Shown here: piece after piece, positions 14,415-28,430 of the stretch
Position numbering within the stretch: position 1 is the first letter of the stretch
How the letters are laid out: the number at the start of each line of letters is the position of its first letter
Source: Octopus vulgaris
Taxonomy: Eukaryota
Length of the DNA stretch: 64,000 nucleotides
NCBI GenBank assembly: GCA_951406725.2
Contig: OX597838.1
Coordinates: 7,936,001 to 8,000,000, forward strand
Direction: 5' to 3'
Position numbers and translations under genes: made by a program
The notes under the pieces: generated by a model
The model's input: only the letters and a program-made list of their open reading frames with translations
Database searches by the model: none
What the model was told of the DNA's origin: nothing

Positions 14415-14688
14415 TAGGCAGACAGAGAGAGGAGAGCGGAGAGAGGGGTAGAGAGACAGAGAGACAGAAAGACAGAGAGAGAGAGGAGAGGGAGAGAGAG
14501 GGGGAGAGACAGAGAGAAAGAAAGAGAGAGAGCGAGAGAGAGACATACAGACAGACAGACAGATAGACCAGGAGAAAGACAGAGAGACATTGAGAAGGAG
14601 ATAGAGGTAGAGGGAAAGACAAAGAGGAAAGGAAAAGAGAAAGGGAGACAAAAAGACAGGAGAGACACACAGTTGAGTAGTAGTAGTT

Positions 14689-14740
<52 letters not shown>

Positions 14741-14962
14741 CAGTAGTAGTAGCTTTTGAATACGGGTGTTACATCTGTGGCCACTAGCTTAGATTATAAA
14801 ACCCCCAATATCGTAGACGCTCATTTATTGGCTCCTTTGTGTCAGCCCGAACTTTGAGATGACGATTCTCTCCATCCAACGTATTGTGGAGTGGTTTATT
14901 CGCGCGCACACACACACGCACACACATACGCACACACACACACTCACACACACGTGTATAAA

Positions 14963-15012
<50 letters not shown>

Positions 15013-15164
15013 CAAAATAAGCAACAAGGATATCCAAGGTAGTGTAGTACAATCGTTTCATGCTACTTCATTTTAAAACTGATGTAATACTTACAGTGTT
15101 TAATAAAATAGATAGATAGACAGACAAACAGAAAGACAGGTCGATAAATAGATAGACGAAGGCT

Positions 15165-15690
15165 GATATGGAAGTCCGCAAAAGTGAAGTTGTGCAGGGA
15201 CCGTGTCAGAGCTTCCTTCATTTCCTCCTTCACCTTGGGGAATGAACAATGACACAGGGAGCAAGGTCAGAATTTTAAGGAGAGTGAGATTCTGTGTTGA
15301 TGCTCATCTCTGTCAAGCTGTTGGTTACCATAATGGAAATGTGGAATGGTAGATCGTCCTGGATTAGTTCATCTGGTTTTTTACCATGAATTCTGTTTCT
15401 GAATTCCTGCAAAAATTCCACAAAGTATTCTCTGTTGGCTGACTGGTCAGAGGGAATCCAGTGGATGTAGATTATGCACTTACAGTCGGAAACAGTGTCC
15501 ATCTTGAGCTTCACAATGGACTTAATGTACTTGACCCCTTGTCCATAAGCAGCCTGAAACATTTCTTACGTCTCTAAGGCGTTGCTGCCCAGTTTAACAC
15601 AAAACTTTATTGGAACGTAAACTTCCAAAGTTCTGTTCATGTTCCGACTGCATTTTGCAAACTAGTCAGCTGTGACAATCAGTGTTTAAC
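15165..15690 (-). mobile_element. Highly decayed mariner transposase fragment
   Basis: MFQAAYG... and IIYIHWIPSDQSANREYFVEFLQEFRNRIHGKKP resemble mariner N-terminal and catalytic segments. Confidence 0.6.
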
Positions 15691-16074
15691 AGGGTGTATT
15701 CAAAGCGCTGTTACAGCCGTCTCCTTCAATCTGGAATAACCAAGGTTGGCAGGTCAGCTTATTTCATATATAGTAATGATATAGTGAAGTTACAATAATC
15801 CAATAATCTAGGACAGATATAATTACCTCTTCTAAAATGTTTCAATACACCAGGAATGCACTTCGTATACATATACATAAATACATACACACACACACAT
15901 ATATAGTTGATAAAAAAAAACGAAGAAAAATACAAGAAAAAACAACACGAGGACGGGGTACATGGAAAGTATTAACAGATGCACAGGGAAGAAAGCAACG
16001 AATGTACCCGCTGTTCGGGTTACATTTGACAGTTTGCATAAAAAGAATTTGAACGAGATTATGAGAGCAGCGTA

Positions 16075-17086
16075 CTTAAAGTAGCCACTCTCATCAAGAC
16101 ATCAAGATGGTTGTGAACCAGGCTCACGTATCCCTGGGAAGATTTTCGAGCACCTACTTCATTTTGACCACCATCTCAGCTTTGGTTTTCCAGACAGAGC
16201 CCTTGGTGTCTTTCTCAACTTCATCCCACATATAGTAATCCATGGCATTATAATAGGGGAAATTAAGAAGCCAGAAATTGGGACTGTTAGAGTCGTAGAA
16301 ATTCTCCGACAACCACTTGCGACTCTTTCCGAATATATGGTTAGGAGCCACATCCTGCTCACACAAATACGACATTCCAGGGGCAATCTTCTCCAGTCAG
16401 AGTTTAAGCATATTCTCCAACAGTTTCAGAAGCTTGAGTGAATTGAATATATGATCCTTTTCAAGGATGATGGACGGCATAGCGTCACCTACACTGAAGA
16501 CATATCCAAAGCCCATCATAATTTGGGGAAACTTTGCTTTCAGGACATGTGGGTGACCACATGGATTATAGGCAAGCTACTTGCTGTTCTGGGTGTTCTG
16601 CAATTATCTTGGAAGAAGTTCTTTTCATCTGAGAAGAGCCAGCTCGTCTCCGGCTGGTCAGGATGCGCATCCAGGCTCAGCGGTTTCGTAGGAAGTCGGG
16701 GACAAGAAAGTGGAAGAAAGAGTGAGAGAAAGTTGGAGCGAAAGAGTACAACAGGGGTCGCCACCACCTCTTGCCGGAGCCTCGTGGAGCTTTAGGTGTT
16801 TTTCGCTCAATAAACACAGACAACGCCCGGTCTGGGAATCGAAACCGCAATCCTCCGACCGCGAGTCCGCTGCCCTAACCACTGGGCCATTGCGCCTCCA
16901 CTGCAGTTGCTGGATGACCTTCGGCGTGCAGACGCCGTTAGAGGGCCTGCTGTGTCCTTTCCTACTAGAGACAGCCTCGTACTTCCTACTGCAGTAGTCC
17001 AGGTCACTTCTTGCTGTCTTCGCAGTTTCCATAATGAATTGCACGGCTGTTATGTCGTAGGCGCTTTCATAACCAGCACGAATCAA
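16075..17086 (-). mobile_element. Decayed maT/DD37D-type Tc1-mariner transposase, interrupted by a SINE
   Basis: WLFSDEKNF and WLLNFPYYNAMDYYMW (= WPPNSPDxNPxDYYVW); same family as 51093-52311. Confidence 0.8.
16700..16899 (-). mobile_element. tRNA-derived SINE family B (5' part)
   Basis: Head ggaggcgcaatggcccagtggttagggcagcggactcgcgg...ggtttcgattcccagacc. Confidence 0.85.
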
Positions 17087-17262
17087 CGATTAAGTTCTGG
17101 AATTGAAAGGTTTTACAAAGCCCATCAAGACGGTGCTCCAGCATAGCCACAGTCCCATGGCTGAAACAATTAAAAGATAAAATATATATGTGTGTTTCTG
17201 CGTACATGCGTGTGTGTATGTGTATGTGTGTGTGAGTGAGTGTGTGTTTCTATATATATGTG

Positions 17263-17314
<52 letters not shown>

Positions 17315-17445
17315 CATGTACATGTGTATATATATATGTATGTGTGTGTGTCTGTGTATGTATATATGTATATACATATATATATTTGTGTGTATATATA
17401 CGTGTGTGTGTATGCATGTATATATGCATGTATACACACACGCAT

Positions 17446-17491
<46 letters not shown>

Positions 17492-17990
17492 TTAATGGCA
17501 GTGCCGCACCATAGCCACAGCCTATGGCTGAAGAAAACGCATATGTACATGTGCGTACGTACGTATGTATGTATGTATGTATGTATGTATGTATGTATGT
17601 ATGTATGTATGTATGTATAGATATGTACGTACGTACATACGCAAGTCCGTGTGTATAGATATGAATATATTTGTCATTTCTCCGTCCTTAAGACCTGAGT
17701 TCAAATTTCACCGAACTCGACTTTGCCTTTCATCCTTTGGTGGTCGATAAAGTAAGTACCAACCGAATAGTGGAATCCAAAATGGCCCTCTCTGCATAAT
17801 TTTCTTGGCTTCGTACATTTAGTTGGAAAACTGATTTACTCATGTTAGTGGTGAAATTGGAGTCAACAAGACCCCCATTTTATAATCAATTTTAAGGGGA
17901 ATAACTCTTATCAAATATGCAAAAGTTACTTCCCTTAGTTTACTAATGCATTCGTTCTTTACTTGATAAATGCATTTTTTTAAAAATTTT

Positions 17991-18040
17991 ATCTAGTTTC
18001 AGCTAACGAGCTGTGGCCATGCTGGGGCACCGCCATTTGA
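17991..18040 (-). mobile_element. LINE-type 3' terminus (tail shared with SINE A and the 5S retrocopy)
   Basis: Minus strand aaatggcggtgccccagcatggccacagctcgttagctgaaactagat; the same tail occurs at 40725-40770 and 23971-24015. Confidence 0.6.
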
Positions 18041-18310
18041 GCATGTTACTATTCATCACATTTTAGTAATTTCTTTTATCTTCTTAATCTTTTAATCTCT
18101 TCCAGTTACTAGATTGCTGGCGTGCTATTAATAGCGTGTGTGAAATGGTGTTGAATTTCTTTTTACTGTCTCTTACCAAATAGATTTCGTTATTGGCCAG
18201 ACAGGGCTAAACACAGAAGCGAGAAACTACAAAGTAGAGGTTGTCTTTTGGGGAAGAAGAGAAGGGGAAAGAAAAAAGGGGCGGATTCTGATCAAAAGGG
18301 ATTTTCTTTC

Positions 18311-18717
18311 TTTCATTCTTTTACTTGTTTCAGTCATTTGACTGCGGCCATGCTGGAGCACCGCCTTTAATCGAGCAACTCGACCCTGAGACTTATTCAT
18401 TGTAAGCCCAGTACTTATTCTCTCGGTCTCTTTTTGCCGAACCGCTAAGTGACGGGGACATAAACACACCAGCATCGGTTGTCAAGCAATGCTAGGAGGA
18501 CAAACACAGACACACAAACACACACAAACACATATATATATATATACATATATACGACGGGCTTCTTTCAGTTTCCGTCTACCAAATCCACTCACAAGGC
18601 TTTGGTCGGCCCGAGGCTATAGTAGAAGACACTTGTCTAAGGTGCCACGTAGTCGGACTGAACCCGGAACCATGTGGTTGGTAAGCAAGCTACTTACCAC
18701 ACAGCCACTCCTGCGCC
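18311..18717 (-). mobile_element. SINE family A, full length
   Basis: Colinear with 3841-4255. Confidence 0.9.
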
Positions 18718-19146
18718 TATTGTGGAAAAAAAAAAGAAAGTGGAGCCGATCAATAGGGATCGTGTATCACAGAAATGTCAATGTAAAAAGGGAAAACAGA
18801 TTAGGTTTGTCCGTGGAGAGAAAAGCCTACGGAAAAGACCACGGGAACCTTGGGCAATAGTGTCATGCAAAAAGAAAACACATCACAGCAAGTGGCTCTC
18901 TTTATTTCCGTTGTTTTTTTTTCTTTGTTTTTTGGTTCGTAGGATTAAACACACACGCTATATCAATGCTTCTCAACCGGGGTTCCCCGGGACCCTAGGG
19001 TTCCGCAAAAGGTTCCTAGGAGTTCCGCAAGAAAGCGTGAGATAAGCTAATGCTAATTACATGTTCGTAATATTCCTTTGCATGTACAACATAGTATTGG
19101 CTACTGTAATCTTGTAATATAGATACCATCCTAGCTAACCTATTAT

Positions 19147-19449
19147 CACGTGATCACGTGACCGACCAGACCATCAGATGTTGCTACACATCGCTGGTCA
19201 CAATGCGTTCGCATTGTTTTAGCCTTCAAATGACACCACCCCGCTGGCTAAGCGAGCAGGCCGACAGAAGAAAGAGTGAGAGAAAGAGTGGTGAAAGAGT
19301 ACAGCAGGGATCATCACCCCCTGCCAGAGCGTCGTGGAGCTTTTAGGTGTTTTCGCTCAATAAACACACACAACGCCCGGTCTGGGAATCGAAACCGCGA
19401 TCCTACGACCGCGAGTCCGCTGCCCTAACCACTGGGCCATTGCGCCTCT
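19147..19449 (-). mobile_element. SINE family B, full length with 12-bp TSD
   Basis: TSD ctaacctattat at 19135-19146 and 19450-19461; tRNA-like head present. Confidence 0.9.
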
Positions 19450-19517
19450 CTAACCTATTATGTTCTCATAAATATATAACAACCATTGGGGATAGATTTA
19501 GAGATGTCTGTAATTTA

Positions 19518-19812
19518 TGGACTCGCGGTCGTAGGATCGCCGTTTCGATTCCCAGACCGGGCGGGCGTTGTGAGTTTTTTATTGAGCTCCTAAATACTTA
19601 AAGCTTTACGAGGATCCAACAACTTTCTCTCACTATTTCCTTCTGTTTCCGTTGAACCTTTATTTCAAAGGGCCAGCCTTGTCACACTCTGCGTCACGTT
19701 GGATCTCCCCGAGAACTGCGTCATCCACTTGCACGTGAATTTCACGAGCAAGCTGTTCCATTAATCGGATCGACTGGAACCCTCGTCCCCTAACCGACAG
19801 AGTGCCACGGCT
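19518..19812 (+). mobile_element. SINE family B-related element with a different 3' half
   Basis: Head ggactcgcggtcgtaggatcgc... continues into ttcaaagggccagccttgtcacac..., unlike the 3' half of 20447-20745. Confidence 0.65.
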
Positions 19813-19818
19813 GCAATA

Positions 19819-19884
<66 letters not shown>

Positions 19885-19959
19885 AAACAATACTGGGAGG
19901 ATAAGAAACGGAACGAAGCGACGAATCGAAACGAACCCGACGCGAAGCGCTGTCAGACA

Positions 19960-20385
19960 ATAGTGTAATAAATAAAATATATGTATACATACAAACATAT
20001 ATGTACGTACCTACATCTACATGTATATATACATGAATATATAAATATATATACGTGTGTACAGGACACCACAACTAGACGTAGAACTCAACGAGAAACG
20101 AAAACGGAAAAGCCATTTTTTTACAACAGAAAAACAGAGACGTGGAACTGGACGAGAAACGAAAACGGGCAAAACATTTTTTTACATTTTTTTCTGTTGT
20201 AAAAAAATGGCTTTTCCGTTTTCGTTTCTCGTTCAGTTCTACGTCTAGTTGTGGTGTCCTGTACTCACGTATATATATTTATATATGCATGTATATATAT
20301 TTATATATGCATGTATATATACATGTAGATGTAGGTACGTACATATATGTTTGTATGTACGCATATATTTTATTTATTACACTAT
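19960..20385. repeat. Large fold-back element with ~175-bp arms in (TA)n
   Basis: 19960-20134 pairs with 20187-20385; a single-arm copy lies at 63345-63561. Confidence 0.9.
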
Positions 20386-20389
20386 ATAT

Positions 20390-20420
<31 letters not shown>

Positions 20421-20446
20421 AATAAATATATATATATATATATATG

Positions 20447-20741
20447 CGGCGGCGCAATGGCCCAGTAGTTAGGGCAGCGGACTTGCGGTCGTAGGATCGC
20501 GGTTTCGATTCCCAGGCATTGTGAGTGTTTATTGAGCGAAAACACCTAAAGCTCCATTAGGCTCCGGCAGGGGAGGGGTGGCGATCCCTGCTGTATTCTT
20601 TCGCCACTACTTTCTCTCACTCTTTCTTCTGTTGGCCTACTCGCTTAGCCAGGGGGTGGCATCATTTGAAGGCTAAAGCAATGCGAAGCGAATTGTGACC
20701 AGCGATGTGTAGCAACATCTGATAGCCTGGTCGGTCACGGT

Positions 20742-20745
<4 letters not shown>
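20447..20745 (+). mobile_element. SINE family B, full length
   Basis: Inverted homolog of 19147-19449; flanked by (TA)n. Confidence 0.9.
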
Positions 20746-20783
<38 letters not shown>

Positions 20784-20906
20784 TAATTTATTTGTATTTA
20801 AAAAAACACACAAACTTCCACACGATAGCATGTGATCTCTGCCCTAGGCTACCTACATGTAGCTTCAACCTGTTTTTTGATGTTTTTCTGACGTAATTCA
20901 TTCAAT

Positions 20907-20964
<58 letters not shown>

Positions 20965-21051
20965 AATTTGCTACCCAGGTATCGGTTAACCGAATTATCC
21001 ATAATAAGATAATTCATTCAACTACTTTTCCATCAGCTCCATACTTCCACT

Positions 21052-21091
<40 letters not shown>

Positions 21092-21387
21092 ACTGGAACC
21101 CCCTCACCACTATCCACACGAAAAAGCTTCCGTATCGTTATTTTAATATCGATCTTATCAAGTCGACCCTATCCCATCATCCACTCCTCACCACTCCAGC
21201 ATATTATCTATTGAACAGGTATAAAACCTTCAAAGGTAATAATTATTATATATTTATTTCGTCATTATATTCACTGCGGTGATATTTTTGACCATATCGC
21301 ACGAGAAGCTTTAGCATTTTAGCTGGTCCCTCAACCCTATTATCTCCCTATTTGCGGCGCAATTTAAACTGGTCGTGTACATGTGTA

Positions 21388-21424
21388 TCTTTCGTTGAAG
21401 AGCGTAGGCTCGAACGTTAAAGAC
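21388..21424 (+). ncRNA. Degenerate hammerhead motif (family of 54732)
   Basis: tcttt-C-GTTGA-a-GAGCgtagGCTC-GAA-CGTT-aaaga, with single-base deletions in the core relative to 54732-54769. Confidence 0.5.
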
Positions 21425-21465
21425 TTGTTTTATTTATATTTCGTCCATATATATGTTCGTCTTTT

Positions 21466-21540
<75 letters not shown>

Positions 21541-21563
21541 ATGTATTTGTGTGTATATATATT

Positions 21564-21620
<57 letters not shown>

Positions 21621-21634
21621 ATGTGTGTATATGT

Positions 21635-22004
21635 AAAAAAATACAAACTGGGACAAGAACGCAAAACATTTAGGAGACGATACAAAAAACACGGACGGGA
21701 CATTCGAAGCCATCAATCTTCAGTCAAGAACCGGATTATCCTTGCAATTTCGGCTAATTAATCTTGAGATTGCTCCAATCTGGCCAGTCCCAAGAAAAAA
21801 CTAACCTAAACCCATTAGATTCATTGGAAGAAAGCTTCGAATGTATACAAAACATGGACGGAAAAACGGACGATGTTACACGAATATGAATACAAAAATA
21901 ATACGTAAAAACAATAATAATAATAAAATAACAATAGCAGGACATCACAAACAGGCGTCTTTCGACTAGACGAATTAAAACTCAGCTGGCGTGTTAGGAA
22001 TGTG

Positions 22005-22005
<1 letters not shown>
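21635..22005 (+). mobile_element. Unclassified (TA)n-flanked repeat
   Basis: 21640-21848 is an inverted homolog of 48483-48690. Confidence 0.75.
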
Positions 22006-22071
<66 letters not shown>

Positions 22072-22527
22072 TATTTACCACGTGAACTACGATGAAAAAA
22101 GTATGAGAAAGATATGGTATATAATTGTTTTGTGCATGTGTTCCTTGAGACATGTAATTTTTTTAAGGGTCACGCAAGTGTAAAAGGTTAAGAAACCCTG
22201 CGCTATACACTAGTTCTGTATGGACAAAACACAACACGTGGGATGGATAGTCGCTGTGGAAGTCACTAGATGTGTGACGAAAAATTTCAAGCAAACGACA
22301 CTAGGAAAACGAATAATGATTTTTTTCTACTATAGGCGCAAGTCCTGAAATTTCGTGGGGGAGGAGGATAGACGATTACACACAGACACACACAAGGATT
22401 ATCGCAAGAGAATCGTTTTGGTTAATCCTTTGACTTCTCTTTAATCTATCTTGGAATCCTTTTCTATTACACCGTCATTATCATCATCGTCATCATCAAC
22501 GTCGTAGTCGTGGTCGTCACCACCACC

Positions 22528-22560
<33 letters not shown>

Positions 22561-23329
22561 TGTATCACCATTACCGCCACCACCACCACCACATCCACCA
22601 CCACCACCACCACCACATCCACCACCACCACCACCACCACCACCACCATCATCATCATTATCATCATCATATACGTTATCTTCCTACGCCATCTTTTCAT
22701 TATCATCATTACTACCACTACGCCACCATAATCATCATCATCATCACAATCATCATCATCAGCAGCAGCAGCAGTAGCAGCAGCAGCAAAGATAATCACA
22801 ACTCCAACACCTGTATTCTATTACCTCTACTACTACTACTACTACTACTACTAATACTACCACTACTACTCTTACCCCCCCACCCCCATCTACCGCTCCC
22901 TGCACCATCGTCACAAATAACACTACCACCTTCACCACCACCATCCTCACGACAACCCCACCCCCTCTGCCATTTCACAGCTTCACCCCCCACTCACCCA
23001 CCTCCACCCCCATATCAAGTAACCTTTACCTCACTGTATTCCCTCCCTCTCTCCCTCCTCTCCCATAAACACACACTGTTACGCATTGTTACACATACGT
23101 CTGTCATAGATGGCGCCACGAGTTTTGCTTGATTCAATCGTCTTCGCAATGAACTTTGGGTAAATTCAATATATTTCTGTGATCGATCAGGATAATTCGA
23201 TTTTGATTTTGCACCTCGTTGTTGTAGTGGGACGGGGATGGGGGCAATGGAGGTGACGGTGATGGTGGTGGTGGTGGTGGTGGTGAGCCGTGGTGAGTTT
23301 TGGTAATGATAGTAGTTGTAGCAGCAAGT

Positions 23330-23403
<74 letters not shown>

Positions 23404-23842
23404 GGGACGGCGGTGGTTGTGTTTTTTGTCGTGGTGGGGAGGTGATAGTCGTGTTGTTGCTAATGGAGGTGGTGGTGGTAGTGGTGGTGGCGGTAGTGAT
23501 GGTGGTGGTGGTGGTGGTGGTGGTGGTGGTGGTGGTGGTGGTGGTATGTACATATCTATGTATAAGTCGCTAGGAAGAGGGAATGAGAGAGCAGCAGGGA
23601 TAGAGCGAAAGGAAGGGAGAGGGGACAGTTCCTCGTCATAAAGTGGACCGGTTCATCTACCCCCGGCACTCGTAATGGGTTGTCAGCTCAACCAAGATGA
23701 TTTAGGTACTTGATTTCGGCCGAAGAACAATATCTGGTCTTCGTCCTTTCATATTGATAGAATTGACGAATTCTTGCACCAGTCTGGGACGTCTGCAAAT
23801 ATTTCCTATTCCTCTTCAAAACCCAAATAGATTTTTTTCCGA

Positions 23843-23964
23843 GTACAACGGCCATATCACTTTGAAAGCAACGGTTCTCGTCTGATCACCGAAGTTAAGC
23901 AACATCGAGCCTAGTTAGTAATTAGATGGGTGACCGCTTGGGTAACCTAGGTGCTGTGAGCATT
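23843..23964 (+). pseudogene. 5S rRNA-derived sequence (near full length), head of a putative SINE3/retrocopy
   Basis: acggccatatcactttgaaagcaacggttctcgtctgatcaccgaagttaagc...tagttagtaattagatgggtgaccgcttggg...gtgctgt is colinear with eukaryotic 5S rRNA, including the A and C boxes. Confidence 0.9.
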
Positions 23965-24565
23965 CCATTTAAATGGCGGTGCCCCAGCATGGCCACAGCT
24001 CGTGAGCTGAAACAACATAAAATGAAATAAAAATAAGAAACTTCCTGTCTCAGCAACATTTTGGATCCAAGCCACTTCTTCCCGCCCCTTTTATAACAGA
24101 TGTCAGAGCTGAGTTTGTAGTTTCAGATCACGTCTGAACCCTAATTGAACGAATGAGCCCTTCTAGCACTCCATGTGCATCCCCCATTGGCAAGGACTAC
24201 CTTACAGGAACTAAGCACGTGTTTTTGATTTGTCCTCAACACCTCCTCTTTGTCCCATTTCACAAGGTTTGTGTTTGATAGAAGCAGGTCATATGTGACT
24301 CGTATAATAAAGCTCAACCTGAGTGGTGCCAACTTCATCAGTTGTTGGCTGTTTCTCTGAAACAATATTTATATGAATGTATTCGTGTGCTCGGAATACG
24401 AGAGTAGAAAAACAGCCAACAACTGATGAAGGGTCTGTCTTTATGTCGTTGGTCTTGTTTTCCATTTGTGTCTTTCGTTGTTCGAAAAAATATTTTATAT
24501 TCCATGTACTCGTGCTTCGTATGTTTTTGTTGTACACGTTTCGTGACGTCCTGTGCCGACATATG

Positions 24566-24615
<50 letters not shown>

Positions 24616-24643
24616 CTTGAGATTTTATAACTAGCTACTTTGT

Positions 24644-24733
<90 letters not shown>

Positions 24734-24805
24734 CATGTATGTATATATATGTATATATAAATATATATATACATATATATATATGTATATATATATATGT
24801 ATATA

Positions 24806-24890
<85 letters not shown>

Positions 24891-24895
24891 ATATG

Positions 24896-24928
<33 letters not shown>

Positions 24929-25173
24929 ATGTATATATATATATATATGTGTATGTGTTTGTATGTATATATATATGTATATATACCCAGACACACACAC
25001 GTACACAGACATATAAATATAGATGTATTTATATTTGTATGTATGTACGTACGTATACGCGAATAAATAAATTTGAATATACAAAAACACAGCGCCGAAC
25101 TCCATATGTGTAGAATTTAACAGGCACACACATAACTGTAATGCTATGAGAGACTTAAGAAATTCTATCTGCG

Positions 25174-25206
<33 letters not shown>

Positions 25207-25554
25207 TTATACATATAATGTGTACATGTGTATATAAATACATACGTTTATGTGTGTGCATGTCTTTGTGTGTGTAAGCATTTATATGTGTTCGTATGTG
25301 GAAGTATCGGTGTGTTGTGTTGTGTTGTGTTTGACTCTGTACGCGATTGAGGGGGGGGCATGTGCGCGATTTTTTTTGTGTGTGTGTGTGTGTGTTGTGT
25401 ATGCGTGTGTGTATGTGCGCTCCTGTATATTGTATTATACGCGTGTCAGGTGTGTGCGAATATGTACGAATATGTCTGCTTCTGTATGGCACATTTGTAT
25501 GTCAGTGTGTAAGTGTGTAAGTGTGTGTAAGTGTGTAAGTGTGTAAGTGTGTGT

Positions 25555-25586
<32 letters not shown>

Positions 25587-25714
25587 TGTATGTATAAATT
25601 GCCAAAAGGAGAAAAACGTTTAGGAGGAATGAAAATGTAAAAAAATAAAATAGAAAAAAACAATAACAACAACAACAATACTACTAATAATAATAACAAC
25701 AACAACAATAACAA

Positions 25715-26877
<1,163 letters not shown>

Positions 26878-27530
26878 GCAACAACAACAACAACAGCAAC
26901 TAAATCAGATGAGAAAAAAAAAGTGGGAAGAAAGAGACGTATGGTGGCGCGATTCAGTGTCGTCTGTGAGACAAGATCTAAACGCCAGAGGGCGAAATAT
27001 CATTTTCGAGTTTGCCTGAAAAACTATCATTTTCTGAAATGATGGGTCTTCCTTCGGAATGGCCCCTTATTAGTGATCTTTATGGCTATCAAATGAACTT
27101 ATTAACGATTTTGCATTGCAATCGCTTCCTTTCCACATTCTAAAGAACAGAGACGGTCATGGTGGTGGTGGTGGTGGTGGTGGTGGTGGTGGTGGTGGTG
27201 GTGGTGGTGGTGGTGGTGGTCTTGGTGGTGGTGTGTGGGGTGTGGTGGCGGAAGGAAATAAAGGTTGGCATTCATTTGTGTAACTGTTATTCAACTGAAA
27301 AACGGGGGAAGTTTGTGATTATTGTTCGGCGTAGCTTTCCCTTTGGGCGGAAGTTTGAGAATAAACAGTAACAAATAAACGCACACACACACATATATGT
27401 GTGTGTATATACAGTGTGTGTGTGTGTGTGTGTGAATAAATATATATATATGCATGTATGTATGTATGTATGTATGTATATATGTGTATATATATATATA
27501 CATATATATGTGTGTGTATATACATAAATG

Positions 27531-27572
<42 letters not shown>

Positions 27573-27696
27573 AGTATTTATGTATATATGTACATATATA
27601 TATATATACATAAATATATTTATATGTGTATATTTATATGTATATGTATATATACAAACATACACATATATATTTATATATATATATGTATGTATG

Positions 27697-27733
<37 letters not shown>

Positions 27734-28084
27734 ATATACATATATATATAAACATATATATTTATATATATATATATACGTATATTTACGTATATACGCA
27801 TTCACATATACATGTACGTGTATGTGTGCGCGATGTATGCGCATGCTTGCCTACGTGTCTGTGTTTGTGTATGTATATAATGAATATGGATACATGTTTC
27901 TGTGTATGTATGTGTGTGTGTGTACATATAAATGTAGGTAGACGATAAAAATCTGTTTTAATTACTGTTATTGTTATCAACTTACGTGTATGTGTGTTTG
28001 TGTGTACGTGTATACAGATAAATCTGTGCATAACACACACACGTACAAATATATAGGTGTGTTGATGTAAGCAAATACATGTGC

Positions 28085-28134
<50 letters not shown>

Positions 28135-28269
28135 TTGTCTATGTATGTATGTATCTATCAATCTATATATTGATCAATCTTTCTATCTATCTGTCCATCT
28201 ATCTGTCCATCTATCTGTCTGTCTGCCTATCTATCGATCTATCTATGTATCTATCTATTTATTCATTTG

Positions 28270-28314
<45 letters not shown>

Positions 28315-28390
28315 TATCTAACTATCTAGCTATCCTATAAATATCTATCTATAATACCATACTATTTATTAACTACTAACTCTCTATATG

Positions 28391-28430
<40 letters not shown>

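Larger units (their letters stand above)
18964..22200. mobile_element. Non-autonomous hAT (Charlie/Buster-like) element inflated by nested insertions
   Basis: Termini caatgcttctcaacc and ggttaagaaaccctg, subterminal ggggttccgc-like repeats, and an 8-bp TSD cgctatat/cgctatac with central TA. Confidence 0.7.

Noticed and set aside
23843-23964. Functional 5S rRNA gene
   Set aside because: Solitary, diverged at the termini, no oligo-T terminator, and fused to a retroelement tail.
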